64,000 nucleotides of DNA from an uncultured virus (IMG/VR IMGVR_UViG_3300031525_000002) (IMGVR_UViG_3300031525_000002), one strand, 5' to 3'; counted from the stretch's first letter, positions 9,675-20,351 are shown. Numbers and translations are program-made. The notes: generated from the letters alone by a model not told the origin.

Positions 9675-10217
9675 ATGTACCTGAGTCGTAGCGAACTCGC
9701 GGCGTTCGACTTCCTGTCGGACGCCGCGAAGTGTCGCATCATCCTGACGTGGGTACGCGCTCTCGTCGAGACGAACAAGCTCATCCTGAGCGAGTTCCAC
9801 GCCCCGATCTTGTACGACTCGGGCGTGCGCTACGCTTTCCAGGGGGACACGGACGACTGGCAGGACATCGCCCGATGTCTGGCAACTCGGGCCGCCTCAT
9901 GCAACTCGCTCGCCGCGTGGCGGTGTGCTGAGCTCCAGATGGCAGGCGAGCAGGCGACGCCGTACATCCAAAACCAAGCCGTTCGAAAGCCGAACGGTGA
10001 GCGCCTCGACGTGTTCCACGTGATCGTGCAGCGGGAGCTTCCTCCGCCGCACCAGTGGGAAGACCCGTCGCGCACGTTGGGTATGCCATCGAGCGACCCG
10101 AGCATGGCGGGCGCGCGCGTGATTTCTACCGCAAGCGGCGTGCTCGTGGGGGACGCAGGAGCATTCGTTGGGATGGGGTTCCCGGAGGATGTGGACGCGC
10201 CCAGTTGGGGAGACTGA
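9675..10217 (+). CDS. Transglutaminase-like cysteine protease
   Basis: LYDSGVRY..W.D...L...ASCNSLAAWR.AEL...HVIV...EDPS gives Cys-His-Asp order. Confidence 0.6.
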   Translation: MYLSRSELAAFDFLSDAAKCRIILTWVRALVETNKLILSEFHAPILYDSGVRYAFQGDTDDWQDIARCLATRAASCNSLAAWRCAELQMAGEQATPYIQNQAVRKPNGERLDVFHVIVQRELPPPHQWEDPSRTLGMPSSDPSMAGARVISTASGVLVGDAGAFVGMGFPEDVDAPSWGD

Positions 10218-10218
10218 C

Positions 10219-10533
10219 ATGCCAGGTCCGTTCACGGGAGCCATCGGGCTCCCTCAGATTCCGGCGCAGGAATTCGATCTGCACCGATGGTGCTACTTCT
10301 CGCGCCGAGCCGCGCGACCGACGTGGCGTCCGTATACTGCGGCGGAGTCCGGGACAGGACGCGGTGCTGGTCCGGGTCATTGGAATCGTCACGGGGCCGC
10401 GTGGCTCTGGTGCCCCATCGGCGAGCAGTTCGTGGCACACGGCGGGCAGCAGCGCGAGGTGTGGTGGACGCCACCGACACCGCTTGCTGCGCCGTGGGTG
10501 CAGACACTGACCGCCTACTGGGTCAGCGAGTAG
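10219..10533 (+). CDS. Hypothetical Trp-rich protein
   Basis: ATG directly after the protease stop. Confidence 0.45.
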   Translation: MPGPFTGAIGLPQIPAQEFDLHRWCYFSRRAARPTWRPYTAAESGTGRGAGPGHWNRHGAAWLWCPIGEQFVAHGGQQREVWWTPPTPLAAPWVQTLTAYWVSE

Positions 10534-10922
10534 GCGCTCTACACTCGTTAGAGCACCAACCTTGCGCGCGCAGGTCTGACCGAAGCTTCCGTGAGCCAGC
10601 AGCGTAGTTTGCGGCATCGGTAAGCGCGGAGAAGGCGTGAAGAAGGCCGTGCGCGGGTTCCGTGTGCGCGTAGATGTCCACGTGCGACGCACGACGAACC
10701 TCTTGAACATGTACGTGGCGACCGCTTCGAAGCGGTACCGTCCACGCTTGGATCTCTCCGTCACGCTGGTAGCGATGTCCGGTGTGCGGGCAGTAGCCAG
10801 CTCGACGAAGCGCCATTCGGAAGCGCTCGACATCGTGCAGTGGAACGATTACTGCCGGTCTCTCCCCTTGCTTGAACACAGGCAAGTAGAGTACACCATG
10901 GGGAGCGAAAGCGGAGGCTTGG

Positions 10923-11465
10923 ATGTTCGGATTCGTACCCGTGTGGGCATGGTGGCTGTCGGGTGGGTGGGCAGCCAAGACGGTCATGGACAAGATGAAG
11001 CCGCCGCCCGGTGGACGTGTTCCGGTGCCCATTGCGGGCCCGCAAGCGGGAGCCCCTGTCGTAGTCGCTCCACAGCCGCCGCCTCAGCAGGTGGTGATCC
11101 AAGGGCCGCCGGCTCCGCGCCCAGGCCGTCCATGCCAGTTCGATCCCCACATGGACGAGCGGACCGAGAGGGCGGTGGTCAAGTGCCTCCAGTCGGGCGA
11201 CATCGAGAAACTGCGCGGCTTCGCAGACTCGGTGACGACCAAGCTCCCTCCGCAGGCATACCCGTACGGCTACTTCCCTGTTGCAGCGACGATCATGCGA
11301 ATGCAGGCGACACTGCTCGAGCAGCAGGCCGCGCAGCACGCGGCTGCGCCGCCTCCCGCACCGTCGCCGCCTCCCGCACCGTCGAAGCAGACCAATGGGG
11401 CGGCTGCAGCGCCCGTCGCAGCCATCGTTGCAGCCGGCGAAGTGACGGCATCGCCGGAGGGCTGA
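10923..11465 (+). CDS. Hypothetical Pro-rich protein
   Basis: Operon-coupled ORF with a small helical core. Confidence 0.55.
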   Translation: MFGFVPVWAWWLSGGWAAKTVMDKMKPPPGGRVPVPIAGPQAGAPVVVAPQPPPQQVVIQGPPAPRPGRPCQFDPHMDERTERAVVKCLQSGDIEKLRGFADSVTTKLPPQAYPYGYFPVAATIMRMQATLLEQQAAQHAAAPPPAPSPPPAPSKQTNGAAAAPVAAIVAAGEVTASPEG

Positions 11466-11469
11466 TTCG

Positions 11470-12270
11470 ATGGGAGCGCCTCGCGGACGGCTCGCCGGGA
11501 CCGCCACTGCCACAGGTGGTCTCATGTGGCAAGAGGTCTGTCGCCTCGAAACCAACAACGACCACGACAGTTTCACCGGTACCATTCTGACAAGCGCGGG
11601 ACTCATCTCGCAGCCTGCTGGGTCAAACGTCGCGAACCCTCGCATCGTCGTCCGAGCGCTGATTGGCGGTGGCAACAAGAATGGCGGCAGCGCCATCGTC
11701 ACGCAGTACGCGCTGGCGGGCAACCCGATGCCGTTCTCGGGAACGTCGTGCATCGTGTCGGTCCTCATCTGTCCGACCGAGAATGCGGACTTCTCGTCAC
11801 AGACGGGTCTTGCCGAACTCCCCAACGAAATCACTTGCGAAGTGACGGGCATCATCACGATCGGAGGCTCATCCGATGCCCAGCCGACGCAGTGGCTCGT
11901 TCCGATCCCGCCGCTCGGCTTCCAACTGCAGGTGACGCAAGGGCCCTGTCGCCTCCGTGAAGTGCAGGGTTTCAACCACGGCCCGAACCTCGGCTACCTC
12001 ATGTTCTTTGACACGGAGGACGGTGGCCTGCTTGTGAACGGAGCCTTTCCGCTCTTCACGATTCCTGTGGGCGGTCTTCCGACTGCTCCAGGAGGTGATG
12101 TCGTGTTCAGCAATGACTTCATCACTTCTACGCGGGTGTTCCAGTACGGGCTCTTCTGGGCCGTGTCGTCGACTGCAGACACGCTCACGCTCGATGGTAC
12201 CGGACTCTTTCGCGTCGACATCGAGCTCTTCTCGCAGCAGCAGACTCTGTCGAACGGCCAGGTGCAGTAA
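11470..12270 (+). CDS. Putative minor capsid/vertex beta-sandwich protein
   Basis: Beta-rich; C-terminal GPCRL..V.GFN....YLMFFD...P.FTIPV...F..GL.WAVSST. Confidence 0.45.
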   Translation: MGAPRGRLAGTATATGGLMWQEVCRLETNNDHDSFTGTILTSAGLISQPAGSNVANPRIVVRALIGGGNKNGGSAIVTQYALAGNPMPFSGTSCIVSVLICPTENADFSSQTGLAELPNEITCEVTGIITIGGSSDAQPTQWLVPIPPLGFQLQVTQGPCRLREVQGFNHGPNLGYLMFFDTEDGGLLVNGAFPLFTIPVGGLPTAPGGDVVFSNDFITSTRVFQYGLFWAVSSTADTLTLDGTGLFRVDIELFSQQQTLSNGQVQ

Positions 12271-12716
12271 TGAAGCGCTGCGAGCTCTGCGACCGCGTGG
12301 CGACGAATCTCGTCATCTTCGAGGCGACGCTGGCACCAGGCATCCTTCCGCGCCTCCCGTACAAGTGGATGTGCCAAGAGCACTGCAACGACTCGTGGGC
12401 CGAGGTGCTCTTCAAGCATGGCAAGCCCGCCGGGCACCGCTCCCTCAAGCGCATCGACATGCAGTTGTTCGAGCGCATGTACGCGGACATCCGGAAGCGC
12501 TGCGTGGCCAACAATCCGGAGCTCTGGGACGAGAAGGAGAAGACGGGCGAGGTCATTCCGCTCATCTGCTGCCCATCGAAGCTCACGGAGCTCGAGGCCG
12601 AGGAGTTGCGGCAGGCCGCCGTGGACCAGGGACGAACCATCCGTGAGGGGCGCGCGCCCGTGATCGAGTACGTGTCGATGGAGGATGCCGCACGCGAGAT
12701 CGCGAGCCGGTCGTGA
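12270..12716 (+). CDS. Hypothetical protein with N-terminal zinc ribbon
   Basis: CELC...CQEHC; overlaps both neighbours. Confidence 0.6.
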   Translation: MKRCELCDRVATNLVIFEATLAPGILPRLPYKWMCQEHCNDSWAEVLFKHGKPAGHRSLKRIDMQLFERMYADIRKRCVANNPELWDEKEKTGEVIPLICCPSKLTELEAEELRQAAVDQGRTIREGRAPVIEYVSMEDAAREIASRS

Positions 12717-14197
12717 GGCGCCCGCTGTCGGAGCGTCTCACGCGGGGATATGACCCGCGCCTCACCTCGCTCCTGCGCGTGTCCGGCGCGGGCAGTGGTG
12801 GTGGAGTGACACCGATTCCGCCGAGTGCAGATTTCATCATCTGGGTCACCAAGGGTGGGGACGATTCGACGGGTGACGGGACGGATGAGGCCCCGTACCT
12901 GACGATTGGAAAGGGGATGGCGGTCGCGGCGTCTTTGCCGCTTACGTTCGATCAGCCTGCGCAAATTCTCGTCGGCCCAGGTGGATATACCGAGAATATT
13001 GTCTGGACGCCCAACGTAGTCGTCTCTGGACTCGATGCGAGCACGCTGGGATTCTTTCTGAATGGATCGATCACGCTCAATAGCGCACTTTGGATAGCGG
13101 CTGGAGCGTCCAACCTCGTCTTGGGAGGTCTCGACGCGTGTGAGGTCGGAACGGATGTCACGCTCGATTTCACGGGCGTCAACGCAGGTGGCTTCTTCGG
13201 GCAGTTTTTCTTCGGCGCGAAGACCAACGTGGACGGCAACCTCAGCGTGACCGGAGACACGACGGGCGCGGTCGGCGGTCTTTTCATCATTCAAACAGGT
13301 TCTACAATCGGTGGAACCGCGTCGTTCGTTGGCATGTCGGTCGAGACGAATCTGACACTGTTTGGAGGAACGACGAGCTTCGCTTCCAGCGCAACAGTTG
13401 CAATGTCTTGGCAGAGCTTCGGGGACATCATCAACGGGATCGCACTCTCGTGCGATGCGTCGGCGGGACAGCCTCTGTCTGCATCCTTGACAGGAACGGG
13501 ATGTGGGACAGGCACCGTTTTGACGCTGACGGACGGTGGGGGCGGCCACACATCGTATACCGCCACGATCGGCGGTGTACCAGCCACCGTCACGCGACTG
13601 GGCGGAGCGGCAGCCCCCGTCACCGTCCCGATTTACGCAGCCGCGTTCGGGCCGATTGTTCCACCGGCGCTTCCCACGGTACCCATCGTGTACGCGAGCG
13701 GGTCCATCACCGGCACGGGCAACGCGGTCGCCTCCACGAGCGATCAAGGCGCCATCACGGTCCTGTCGATCGCGGGTGGCAGCGACCGCGAGCTCGTCAC
13801 GCCGGACGCGGTGGAACTGCTTGCCGTGGCGGGAGGTGGCGGGACGGCGTCCGCATCGTACGGACTTCCGGCCGAGACATGCTCCAAGGTCTATGTGACG
13901 GTCGTTGGAGTCGGGGCGACCGGCTCTGACGGTTTCTGTGAGGAGGCCGTGGCGACGGTGCGCGTCACGGCGGGAGGCGTCGCCGCCTTCCCGGCAGCGG
14001 TGGGCGGCTCGTCGAATCCGGTGTTGAACCCGAACCTCGACAAGGTGAGCGACACGACCTTCAACAGCGGCGGCGGTGTGCCGAGCGGCATCGCGCTGAC
14101 GGTCTCTGCGGGCAACCTGGTCGTCACGGTGACGAACCACGGAGTGGGTGCCAACGACTTCGTCGTCTACTTCTACACAAAGGTGTTCGCGTCATGA
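12713..14197 (+). CDS. Beta-helix spike/receptor-binding-like protein
   Basis: WV..GGDDSTGDGT..APYLTIGK..ILVGPG.Y.E, a DUF1565/pectin-lyase-like start. Confidence 0.6.
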   Translation: MRRPLSERLTRGYDPRLTSLLRVSGAGSGGGVTPIPPSADFIIWVTKGGDDSTGDGTDEAPYLTIGKGMAVAASLPLTFDQPAQILVGPGGYTENIVWTPNVVVSGLDASTLGFFLNGSITLNSALWIAAGASNLVLGGLDACEVGTDVTLDFTGVNAGGFFGQFFFGAKTNVDGNLSVTGDTTGAVGGLFIIQTGSTIGGTASFVGMSVETNLTLFGGTTSFASSATVAMSWQSFGDIINGIALSCDASAGQPLSASLTGTGCGTGTVLTLTDGGGGHTSYTATIGGVPATVTRLGGAAAPVTVPIYAAAFGPIVPPALPTVPIVYASGSITGTGNAVASTSDQGAITVLSIAGGSDRELVTPDAVELLAVAGGGGTASASYGLPAETCSKVYVTVVGVGATGSDGFCEEAVATVRVTAGGVAAFPAAVGGSSNPVLNPNLDKVSDTTFNSGGGVPSGIALTVSAGNLVVTVTNHGVGANDFVVYFYTKVFAS

Positions 14198-14336
14198 GAG
14201 GCCGAAGACCGTTCCCCCGACCGACTCCGCCGAAGCCGACGCAGCCGACCACCGTGGACCCGCCTCTTCCGGACGGCATCGATTCCAATTCCATCCGGGG
14301 CAAGCTCCGTCCCCGCGCGGCGAGACCGAAGAAGCC

Positions 14337-16007
14337 ATGAGACGCTCGCTCATCGACCACGACTTCAACCCGACACTCTGCGCTCTGCTCGAGGTGAGTG
14401 GAGGAGGAGGTGGTGGCAGCGTGCCGCCTGGCGGAGGACCGCCAGTGGAGATGCTCTACGTCGCGCCGGGAGGGAACGACACGACGGGCAACGGTAGCTT
14501 GGCGCTGCCGTACCTCACGATCGGGAAGGCGGAGAGCGTCGGAGCTCCTCTGGCGACGCTGCTGAAGCCCTACGTCATCTTGGTCGCACCAGGAACATAT
14601 GCGGAGACCCCGCTCCTCTACCCGTACCTCACGATCTCTGGGCTTGACCCGGCGTCACCGCCACTCATTACGGGTGCGCCATCGATTGCGCCATCGTTCC
14701 CCGCCTCCGCCCCTACCGGCCTGAACAATCTCGCGTGGAGCAGCGCGGTCCCCGTCAACTTTGGGTCGGCGGCCGGACCGACGCTCACGCTGACGAACAA
14801 CGACTTCAAGGCGGGCCTCTCCGTCACTGGCGCTGGCGGTGGCATCACCGCGGTGTTGAAGAGCAACCTTGTCGGCGGAGCGCTGTCGTTTACCGACGTG
14901 AGCACGGTCGGGACGTACTTCAATGCGTTCAGCGGTCCGGTGGCCATCACCGCAACGAACTTCAACGCCGCGTGGAATTCGACGGGCGACGTGATGTCCG
15001 ACGGCCTGTCGGTCGATGCCGCAGTCGCGAAGACGAATATCGTCGAGGCGCTCGGATCTTCGGTGTCGGGCGGCAGCGGGCTCACGCTCACGGGTGCAGG
15101 TGTCTCGTACACGGGCACCGAAGGAGCGATTCCTTCCGTTGTGACAACGAGCGGCGGAGCGCCGGCCCCCATCACTATTGCCGCGAGCGGCGGTCCGTCG
15201 CAGGGCGACTGGAGTGACGGGAATGTCACCATCTCCGTGCCGACCAATCTCACGCGCGACATGTACTACAAGACGCTCACCGTCAACTCGACGCTGAGTA
15301 CCAAGGGCTACCGCATCTACGCGGATGTCGTTACGGGCACAGGGATCATCGACAACTCTGGCGCCAATGCCGTCACGATCACGCCAGGGGCGGGAGCGTC
15401 CTCCGGGACACTAGGCGGCGGGACGAGCGGAGGGGCGGGAGTCTTCTCCAATCTCGGGTCCGGGGCGATGAACGGAGCGCCGGGTACCAACCAGGCTGGA
15501 GGCTTTGGCAACGAGAGTGGAGCCGGAGGAACGGGCGGCGCTGCAGGCATCGGAACCGGTGGTGGTGGCGGGTCACTCAGCGTTCTGCCCGCGACAGTGG
15601 GAGGAATCCGAGCTCAGCCAGCATCGCTGACAGGCCAAGTCGAGGGAAGCACGGTCGCTGCAACGTTCGGAGGGACCGGAGGCGGGTCGGGCGGGTCGAA
15701 TGGAGCGACCGGAGGGACCTCGGGAGCGGGTGGAGGAGGTGCCGGTCCGATCATCATCGCGACGCGCGTGCTGTCGAGCAGCCTCACCATTCGAGCCAAT
15801 GGTGGAACAGGAGGCGCGGCCATAGGAGATGGCAACGTCGGCGGTGGCGCGGGTGGTGGCGCAGCGCCCATCGTCATATCCGCAAATGATAAGAGCGGAT
15901 TCACGGGTACCATCGAGAGCAATGGCGGGACGGGAGGCGCGCCCATCGGCACCGGTGGCGTTGGAGGCGCGGGCGCGAATGCTTCGATCATCCAACTCGT
16001 GACGTAA
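14337..16007 (+). CDS. Beta-helix spike-like protein with Gly-rich C-terminus; paralog of 12713..14197
   Basis: Shared MRR.L....P.L..LL.VSG.G.GG leader and YVAPGGNDTTGNGS...PYLTIGK motif. Confidence 0.6.
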   Translation: MRRSLIDHDFNPTLCALLEVSGGGGGGSVPPGGGPPVEMLYVAPGGNDTTGNGSLALPYLTIGKAESVGAPLATLLKPYVILVAPGTYAETPLLYPYLTISGLDPASPPLITGAPSIAPSFPASAPTGLNNLAWSSAVPVNFGSAAGPTLTLTNNDFKAGLSVTGAGGGITAVLKSNLVGGALSFTDVSTVGTYFNAFSGPVAITATNFNAAWNSTGDVMSDGLSVDAAVAKTNIVEALGSSVSGGSGLTLTGAGVSYTGTEGAIPSVVTTSGGAPAPITIAASGGPSQGDWSDGNVTISVPTNLTRDMYYKTLTVNSTLSTKGYRIYADVVTGTGIIDNSGANAVTITPGAGASSGTLGGGTSGGAGVFSNLGSGAMNGAPGTNQAGGFGNESGAGGTGGAAGIGTGGGGGSLSVLPATVGGIRAQPASLTGQVEGSTVAATFGGTGGGSGGSNGATGGTSGAGGGGAGPIIIATRVLSSSLTIRANGGTGGAAIGDGNVGGGAGGGAAPIVISANDKSGFTGTIESNGGTGGAPIGTGGVGGAGANASIIQLVT

Positions 16008-16579
16008 TGCCGATCTGGCTATGGATCGCGCTCGCGGCCGCTGGACTGCTCCTCATCGGAGGAGGAGGGGCGAGTCTTGCGCCGGGACAAGTGCCCGATA
16101 CCGCCACGCCCGTCACGCCCGCGCAGTTGTACGCGGCCCTTCAGGCGGCCTGGCCCAGCATCGTGGGCGGAACGCCATCCCGCGAGGCATTGCTCACCCT
16201 GTTGTCGCAGTGGGCTTTCGAGACGGGCGGCGGCGGAAAGACAATTCAGTACAACATCGGCAACTTCAAGGCGACATCGTCGACCGTAAGTTGGACTAGC
16301 TACATGACGACAGAGGGTTCCGGTCCGAACACGGTCCACGTGATGCAGAACTTCGTCGCTTACCCTGATCTCGCCACAGGCGTGGCCGCGTACCTGAGCG
16401 CGATGTACGGCCACTTTGGTAGCGCGTGGCAGTACGTTGTGGACGGTGACCCGAGCGGGTTCGCGCAGGCGCTCAAAGACGCTGGATACTACACTGGCAG
16501 CGAGAGCGACTATGCGGCTGGGCTTGAGTCTTGGTATGCTCAACTGGACGCGCAAATCCCAGGAGCCGGCAATGCGTGA
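16007..16579 (+). CDS. Membrane-anchored GH73 (FlgJ/glucosaminidase-like) peptidoglycan hydrolase
   Basis: N-terminal TM; QWAFETG, YNIGNFKA, TTE, FVAYPD, ALKDAGYYT. Confidence 0.75.
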   Translation: MPIWLWIALAAAGLLLIGGGGASLAPGQVPDTATPVTPAQLYAALQAAWPSIVGGTPSREALLTLLSQWAFETGGGGKTIQYNIGNFKATSSTVSWTSYMTTEGSGPNTVHVMQNFVAYPDLATGVAAYLSAMYGHFGSAWQYVVDGDPSGFAQALKDAGYYTGSESDYAAGLESWYAQLDAQIPGAGNA

Positions 16580-18497
16580 GGACATCGAGGAGATCGCTGC
16601 TGGACATGCCATCGTTGCAGCAGCAGCGGTTATCGAGCAGGGGCAAGCCCTCGAGCATCGTCCGGAGGACATCGCGGCGGATGCTCACGCGGCGGCCGAG
16701 GAAGCGTACGACCTCTACCTGCACATCGTCGCGCATGCACAGGCGGACGACGCGCACGCTCACTCCCACACGCATAGAGCGATTGTTGGAGCGGGACATC
16801 CGAGCTCGAAGCCGCATCACATGAAGAAGCCGCCGAACCCGCATCCGTCACGAGGCGGACCGGGTCAGGGGTTGGCGGGCATCTACGGGCAGGCCGAGGC
16901 GAGACTTCGCGAGGCGGCGTCCGTGGGAAAGGCCCATGGCGGCGGCGGTCATGGCGGTCGGCAGGGTGGTGGCGGCGGCGCAGGACGTCCACGGATGTCG
17001 TCGCCAACTGCGCACTCGGCCCTGCGACCGAGTGGTTCGGGTGGTGCTGGAACTCCACGAATGGCACCATCAAAGCCGCATCCAGGCATGGGCATGTTCG
17101 GCGGAGGTAGTGGCGGCAGTCCTCCATCGCCCCCACCTCTTGGACATCTTCCGTTCGGAGGAGGCGGCGGATCGCCACATGGGCCGCCGATTGCGCATCT
17201 CCCGTTCAGCGGGGGCGGAGGAGGGGGGTCGCCTCCACCGATCGCCCATCTTCCGTTCGGTACGACCCCCGCCTCTCCGCCCCCCTCCGGCGCACCGCCC
17301 GCTCACCTTCCGGGGCCGCCTCCTCACGGCGGCGGCGGATGGCCACACCACGGTTGGCCGCACGGCCATCCAGGTTTCGGTCTGGGATTCGGCGGAGGTA
17401 GCGACTGGGGCATTGGGACTGCCCCTCCGGAAGTCATCGACATCGAGGCCGAGTGCCCGCCCGGAATGCATCTCGAGGGACTGGACGACGGTACGGTCGA
17501 GTGCGTTCCCACGTGCCCTCCCGGCTATCAGCCTGAGCAGATGGAGGACGGGTCATGGGCGTGCGTCCCCGAGCCCGAGATCATCGTAGGTCACGGCGGC
17601 GGTGGTGGCGGCGGCGGAAACCACGGCGGAGGCGGACACGGAGGTTGGGGGGGTCGGGGTCGACGCTACTGGGGCGGCGGCTACGGGTACGGCTACCCGT
17701 ACTGGCCCATCGTGCTCGCGTGCGGCCCCGGGCAGGTGATGCTCGCGGACGGGTCCTGCGCGAACGTCGCGGTCGGCCCGGTGACGGTCGGAGCTCCGAT
17801 GCCATCGAGCGACGACGGATGGGAGGACGGGGAACCCGTGTGCTGCGGCATCGACGAGGACGGTACCGTCACGCTTCCGGACGGCTCGACGATCAATGCG
17901 CACGACCTCGACTGGAGCGATCTCGCGGACGCGGGCTGCGCGACGGTAGGGGACTCCACGTCGGATTTGCCGCCATTCACGAGCGAAACTCCGATGCCCG
18001 TAGCGATTGCTACGGGTACGCAGGCAGGCGGCAATGCTCAGGCAGATAACCTCAATCTTCAGTGGATTGCGCTTGCGCAGTTCCTCGCGGCCAATCCGCA
18101 ACTCGGCACCAACCCGACTCTCCCCGCCTCCTACGCGCCCGATGTCGTGAGCGTGATCAACTGGCTCACGACCTACGCGGACTGGCAGACGTTCTACAGT
18201 ACGATCGGGACGGTCAGCCTGTCGCAGTTGACGGGGGATCTGACGGGCTGGCAAGCCTACGCGAACGCGTGGGGCCAGTATTTCCAGTCGCTGGCCCCGA
18301 ACCAAGCGGTGCCCGCGAACTACCCGACGGGCACGGCTGGCATCGCCTCGTTGCCCAGCCTTTCCAGCATCCTGCCTTCGGCCAACAGCACTGCAAACCT
18401 CCTCGAGTGGGCCGTCATCGCGGCGTGCGTGGGCGTGGGCCTCTGGGTCTTCTGGCCGGTTCTCGCTGGCGCGCACGGCGCGTTGGCGGCCGTCTGA
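16572..18497 (+). CDS. Large Gly/Pro/His-rich protein with Cys modules and C-terminal TM
   Basis: Start MREDIEE overlaps the upstream stop; AHLPFG repeats, CPPG repeats, several [ITSA]VG motifs. Confidence 0.65.
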   Translation: MREDIEEIAAGHAIVAAAAVIEQGQALEHRPEDIAADAHAAAEEAYDLYLHIVAHAQADDAHAHSHTHRAIVGAGHPSSKPHHMKKPPNPHPSRGGPGQGLAGIYGQAEARLREAASVGKAHGGGGHGGRQGGGGGAGRPRMSSPTAHSALRPSGSGGAGTPRMAPSKPHPGMGMFGGGSGGSPPSPPPLGHLPFGGGGGSPHGPPIAHLPFSGGGGGGSPPPIAHLPFGTTPASPPPSGAPPAHLPGPPPHGGGGWPHHGWPHGHPGFGLGFGGGSDWGIGTAPPEVIDIEAECPPGMHLEGLDDGTVECVPTCPPGYQPEQMEDGSWACVPEPEIIVGHGGGGGGGGNHGGGGHGGWGGRGRRYWGGGYGYGYPYWPIVLACGPGQVMLADGSCANVAVGPVTVGAPMPSSDDGWEDGEPVCCGIDEDGTVTLPDGSTINAHDLDWSDLADAGCATVGDSTSDLPPFTSETPMPVAIATGTQAGGNAQADNLNLQWIALAQFLAANPQLGTNPTLPASYAPDVVSVINWLTTYADWQTFYSTIGTVSLSQLTGDLTGWQAYANAWGQYFQSLAPNQAVPANYPTGTAGIASLPSLSSILPSANSTANLLEWAVIAACVGVGLWVFWPVLAGAHGALAAV

Positions 18498-19137
18498 TGC
18501 TCCTCTCCTGTCGGAACGTCTATGCGGCGATTTACAAGCTGCAGGGCGGTCCGCCAACCATATGGGGCCTCGGATGCTCCGTCCCCGAGGCGACGAAGGC
18601 AGCGCGCCGGAACATGAAGGCGGCGGGTGGAGGCGGATTCTTGGGCGTCGCCTCGTGGCGTCACCACGTGGTGATGATCTCGCCCGCCGAGTACGAGCGC
18701 GTCCTCGCGGGTGAGTGCATCAAGCGACGGCTACCGTGGGACGTTCTGAGGAAGTCCATCTGCGTGGACGCGCGCGCGTTGGAGGAGTGACCATGCTGAA
18801 GGCCTGCCCACGATGTTCCGGTCCCGTCCTCTGGCTGGACGGAGAACCGTCGCCCAGTCTGACCATCGTGGCCGACCACGGCGTGCCTCGAGTGGTTGGA
18901 TGCCACAACTGCATGGGTCGCGTGCCTGTCCAGCCACGACCAGTTCAGATGCCACAACCACCCATGCGACAGAACACCATTCTTGGGAGTCCACCGACGT
19001 CCGGCCACGACCCGCGCCCATTTCGCGAGAAGGTAGCGGAAGAAGGTGCACGCATGGTATCGTTGCTGTCGCACGGCTTGGACTTCATCGAGGCTGGAGC
19101 CAAGTTCTGGGATCGCCTCAAACCTCGCAAACCCTGA
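18497..19137 (+). other. Two small hypothetical CDSs (18497..18790, 18793..19137)
   Basis: Coupled starts; the second has CxxC..CxxC. Confidence 0.5.
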
Positions 19138-19151
19138 CCGAAAGAAAGTCC

Positions 19152-19544
19152 ATGACGCCTCTTCTCCTCCTCGGTGGTCTCGGTGCTGTCGCCCTGTACC
19201 TCTACTCGCAGTCAAGCGGTTCGTCGTCGGCGAGTTCGGCGCCTCCTCCGGCTGTCGCTTGGAATGCGGGTACGGCCGTACAGACGAGCAATCCATCGGG
19301 AGCCAACTACATGGCGCCCGCGCCGGCTGGGTACTATCCCGGCACGGGAGTGACGAATCCGACCGACGCGGTTGCTGCAGCGGCAGCGTCTGGCGCCACC
19401 CCCGTCGCGAACGGAACGCCTGCGGGTACTCCGACGGGTTCGACCACCACGAGCGGTGCCCCGCTCTTTCACACGGGCTACTCCGACGCCAACTCCGGCG
19501 CCGTGATCGCCAGCGACGCCACCGGCAACCCGTACCTGGCGTAA
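19152..19544 (+). CDS. N-anchored membrane protein (array)
   Basis: MTPLLLLGGLGAVALYLY; ends TTSGAPLFHTGYS..GNPYLA. Confidence 0.75.
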   Translation: MTPLLLLGGLGAVALYLYSQSSGSSSASSAPPPAVAWNAGTAVQTSNPSGANYMAPAPAGYYPGTGVTNPTDAVAAAAASGATPVANGTPAGTPTGSTTTSGAPLFHTGYSDANSGAVIASDATGNPYLA

Positions 19545-19549
19545 GTGCG

Positions 19550-20086
19550 ATGCCGCTTCTCCTTTTACTCACGGTCGGCAGCGCCCTCGCCTACTTCGCT
19601 ATGAGTGGGTCGAGCGACACAACGACGACCGACGCACTCCCGGCAGCGTCTGTGGCAACCAATGTGGCAACCAACTGGCCGCCAACATCCGACCAGACGG
19701 CGGCGCTGCAGGCCCAGGTACTCGCGCTCGTTCTCGCGGTAGACGGGAAAGCCGCGTTGTCGGCTACGCAGTCGCAGAATCTCTCCACGCTCCTCGCGAA
19801 CGCACCTGCGCAGTATGCGGCAGCGCTTCCGGTCGGCTACACACCGAACTTCGCCGACTATGCGGCTTGGATGCTAGGTGCCTCGGCATCCGGAGCGGTG
19901 GCGACGTGGACCAACCCCGACAACTTGTCCAGCAGTCAGGGGCAGGCGTACGGCAATGGAATGCAGCCGGGCAGTCCGGCTGGTCAGGCCACGAGCGGCG
20001 CTCCGCTCATTCACACGGGCTACTCTCACGCGCGGACGGGCGCGCCCATCGCATCCGATCCGTACGGCAACCCATACCTCGTCTAG
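19550..20086 (+). CDS. N-anchored membrane protein (array)
   Basis: MPLLLLLTVGSALAYF; NWPP..YAAWML domain; ends ATSGAPLIHTGYS..GNPYLV. Confidence 0.75.
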   Translation: MPLLLLLTVGSALAYFAMSGSSDTTTTDALPAASVATNVATNWPPTSDQTAALQAQVLALVLAVDGKAALSATQSQNLSTLLANAPAQYAAALPVGYTPNFADYAAWMLGASASGAVATWTNPDNLSSSQGQAYGNGMQPGSPAGQATSGAPLIHTGYSHARTGAPIASDPYGNPYLV

Positions 20087-20095
20087 GAGTCGAAC

Positions 20096-20350
20096 ATGCC
20101 CTCATTGCTCATCCTCGCAGCGCTCGGTGTCGGCGCCTACCTCGTGTTCTCGTCGAGCACGGCCTCTGCATCCAACTCGTCACCCGCGGCTGCCGGGTCA
20201 GGCGTTGCGTCTGCGGCGACTCAGAACGCGCTTGCGATGCAGGCGTACAACGCGCAGGCAGCATCGGCTGGGCTCACGCCCGATCAAGCGCAAATGGCGC
20301 TTCAACTCGGCATGAGCCCGCAAGACTACGCCACCCGGCTGGGGCTGTAA
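20096..20350 (+). CDS. N-anchored membrane protein (array)
   Basis: MPSLLILAALGVGAYLVF; GMSPQDYA. Confidence 0.75.
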   Translation: MPSLLILAALGVGAYLVFSSSTASASNSSPAAAGSGVASAATQNALAMQAYNAQAASAGLTPDQAQMALQLGMSPQDYATRLGL

Positions 20351-20351
20351 G

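Noticed and set aside
12185..14140. Long antisense or alternate-frame ORFs (also 2290..3636, 53600..55150, 58990..60219)
   Set aside because: Arg-rich shadows of real genes, typical of high-GC DNA
15380..16000. Collagen or PE-PGRS assignment
   Set aside because: No sustained G-X-Y period or PE domain; generic Gly-rich virion region
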